From a virus, in IMG/VR virus record IMGVR_UViG_3300025647_000026, positions 13,879 through 77,878 of that record: a DNA stretch of 64,000 nt. The stretch is one strand, 5' to 3'. Below, in pieces: positions 63,244-64,000 of this stretch. The notes under the pieces were generated by a model. It saw only the letters and a program-made list of their open reading frames with translations, had not been told where the DNA came from and did no database searches. The position numbers and the translations under genes were made by a program. How positions within the stretch are numbered: the stretch's first letter is position 1; every line of letters begins with the position of its first letter.

Positions 63244-64000
63244 TAGAATGCGTTGTTATTAAGTGAACGAATAAAGTTGTACATAGCTGTTCTTGTGGTA
63301 GTTGTGTCAACACCAATATTACATATATACGTATGTACATTTCCTTTTTGATAAAATGAACTCAATGCTAATTTACCAATTGTAATCCCAGTCCCTGATA
63401 ATGTAGGGGTGTAACTATTTGAAACTTCTGTATCGTTATTTTTCTGTAAAGTATTTAATACGCCTTGATTGTTAGTTGCTGTAAATAAACTTAAAGTAGT
63501 CCCTAAAGTTTTTGTTAATCCTGATAGAGTTCCGTTCATGTATAATTTCATGTTCGAAGCTTCAGGTGCAAATGAATTTTGATAATTCGCGCTTGCTGAG
63601 TCTAAAATCGTAACTCCAGAACCTGGTTCATTTTCAGTTTTATATACTAAATATTGTGAACAAATGTTACCTCTTGGCACGGTTGCATTTTTAATATTAT
63701 CATCAACCCCATCAAACATAACTATAATCCTATCACAAATTACCCCTTTATAACCAGTCGTTGCTGTACCTGTGTTTATCGTCCAAACCTCACCAGTGCT
63801 GCTTGTCCAAGCAGTTTGACTTACGCTTGCGTTGTATGTTGCAGGATTAAAGTCTACAACAGGTGCGCCACCGATTGAGTTTGATATTGTTACTCTGTAA
63901 ATATTTCCTTGACTTGCATTACCTGTAAATGCTGTATTATCACCTACAACTAATTGCACAGTATTTGTAGGTAAATTACCAACTGTACTTGATTGAGTTG
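63243..64000 (-). CDS. Tail/receptor-binding protein C-terminus (LamG-like), runs off window
   Basis: FDGVDD motif, Thr/Asn-rich beta content. Confidence 0.6.
   Translation of the reverse strand, partial: TQSSTVGNLPTNTVQLVVGDNTAFTGNASQGNIYRVTISNSIGGAPVVDFNPATYNASVSQTAWTSSTGEVWTINTGTATTGYKGVICDRIIVMFDGVDDNIKNATVPRGNICSQYLVYKTENEPGSGVTILDSASANYQNSFAPEASNMKLYMNGTLSGLTKTLGTTLSLFTATNNQGVLNTLQKNNDTEVSNSYTPTLSGTGITIGKLALSSFYQKGNVHTYICNIGVDTTTTRTAMYNFIRSLNNNAF

Noticed and set aside
1-64000. Stop-codon reassignment as in some crAss-like phages
   Set aside because: Long genes are intact in code 11, TAG and TGA act as real stops (e.g. 4951, 39251), and no suppressor tRNA is evident.
1-64000. Diversity-generating retroelement or retron
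   Set aside because: No reverse transcriptase motif and no TR/VR pair differing at adenines was seen.

Overview
AT-rich 64-kb segment of a tailed dsDNA phage. The host is almost certainly a Bacteroidota species (ubiquitous TAnnTTTG -7 promoters, A-rich translation starts without Shine-Dalgarno). It holds a podovirus/crAss-like-style virion module (terminase, portal, ring proteins, large ejection proteins, ferritin) split over both strands and interleaved with islands of small genes. It also holds a lambdoid-type replication module (initiator with internal iterons plus DnaB-like helicase), three antirepressor-family genes, a serine recombinase, a probable early region of many tiny + strand ORFs (46.7-54.6 kb), recombination/SSB genes and a lysis cassette. 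No major capsid protein, DNA/RNA polymerase or tyrosine integrase is recognisable in the window. The most notable signal is an integron-like array at 54.77-56.49 kb: three attC-like hairpins delimit three cassettes (hypothetical gene, ORF-less cassette, DNA methyltransferase), apparently inserted at one GTT site just behind a phage promoter, with ORFs inverted relative to the inferred attC polarity. Other highlights: a hammerhead ribozyme (47531-47586), a strictly spaced TTTAATTAG-N19-TAnnTTTG promoter class driving largely leaderless mRNAs, a candidate antisense sRNA, an attenuator-like leader, tRNA-like RNAs and a structured ncRNA candidate. Several single-base frameshifts in short homopolymers suggest assembly indel errors. 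All protein calls come from motif recognition by eye; no database search was run.
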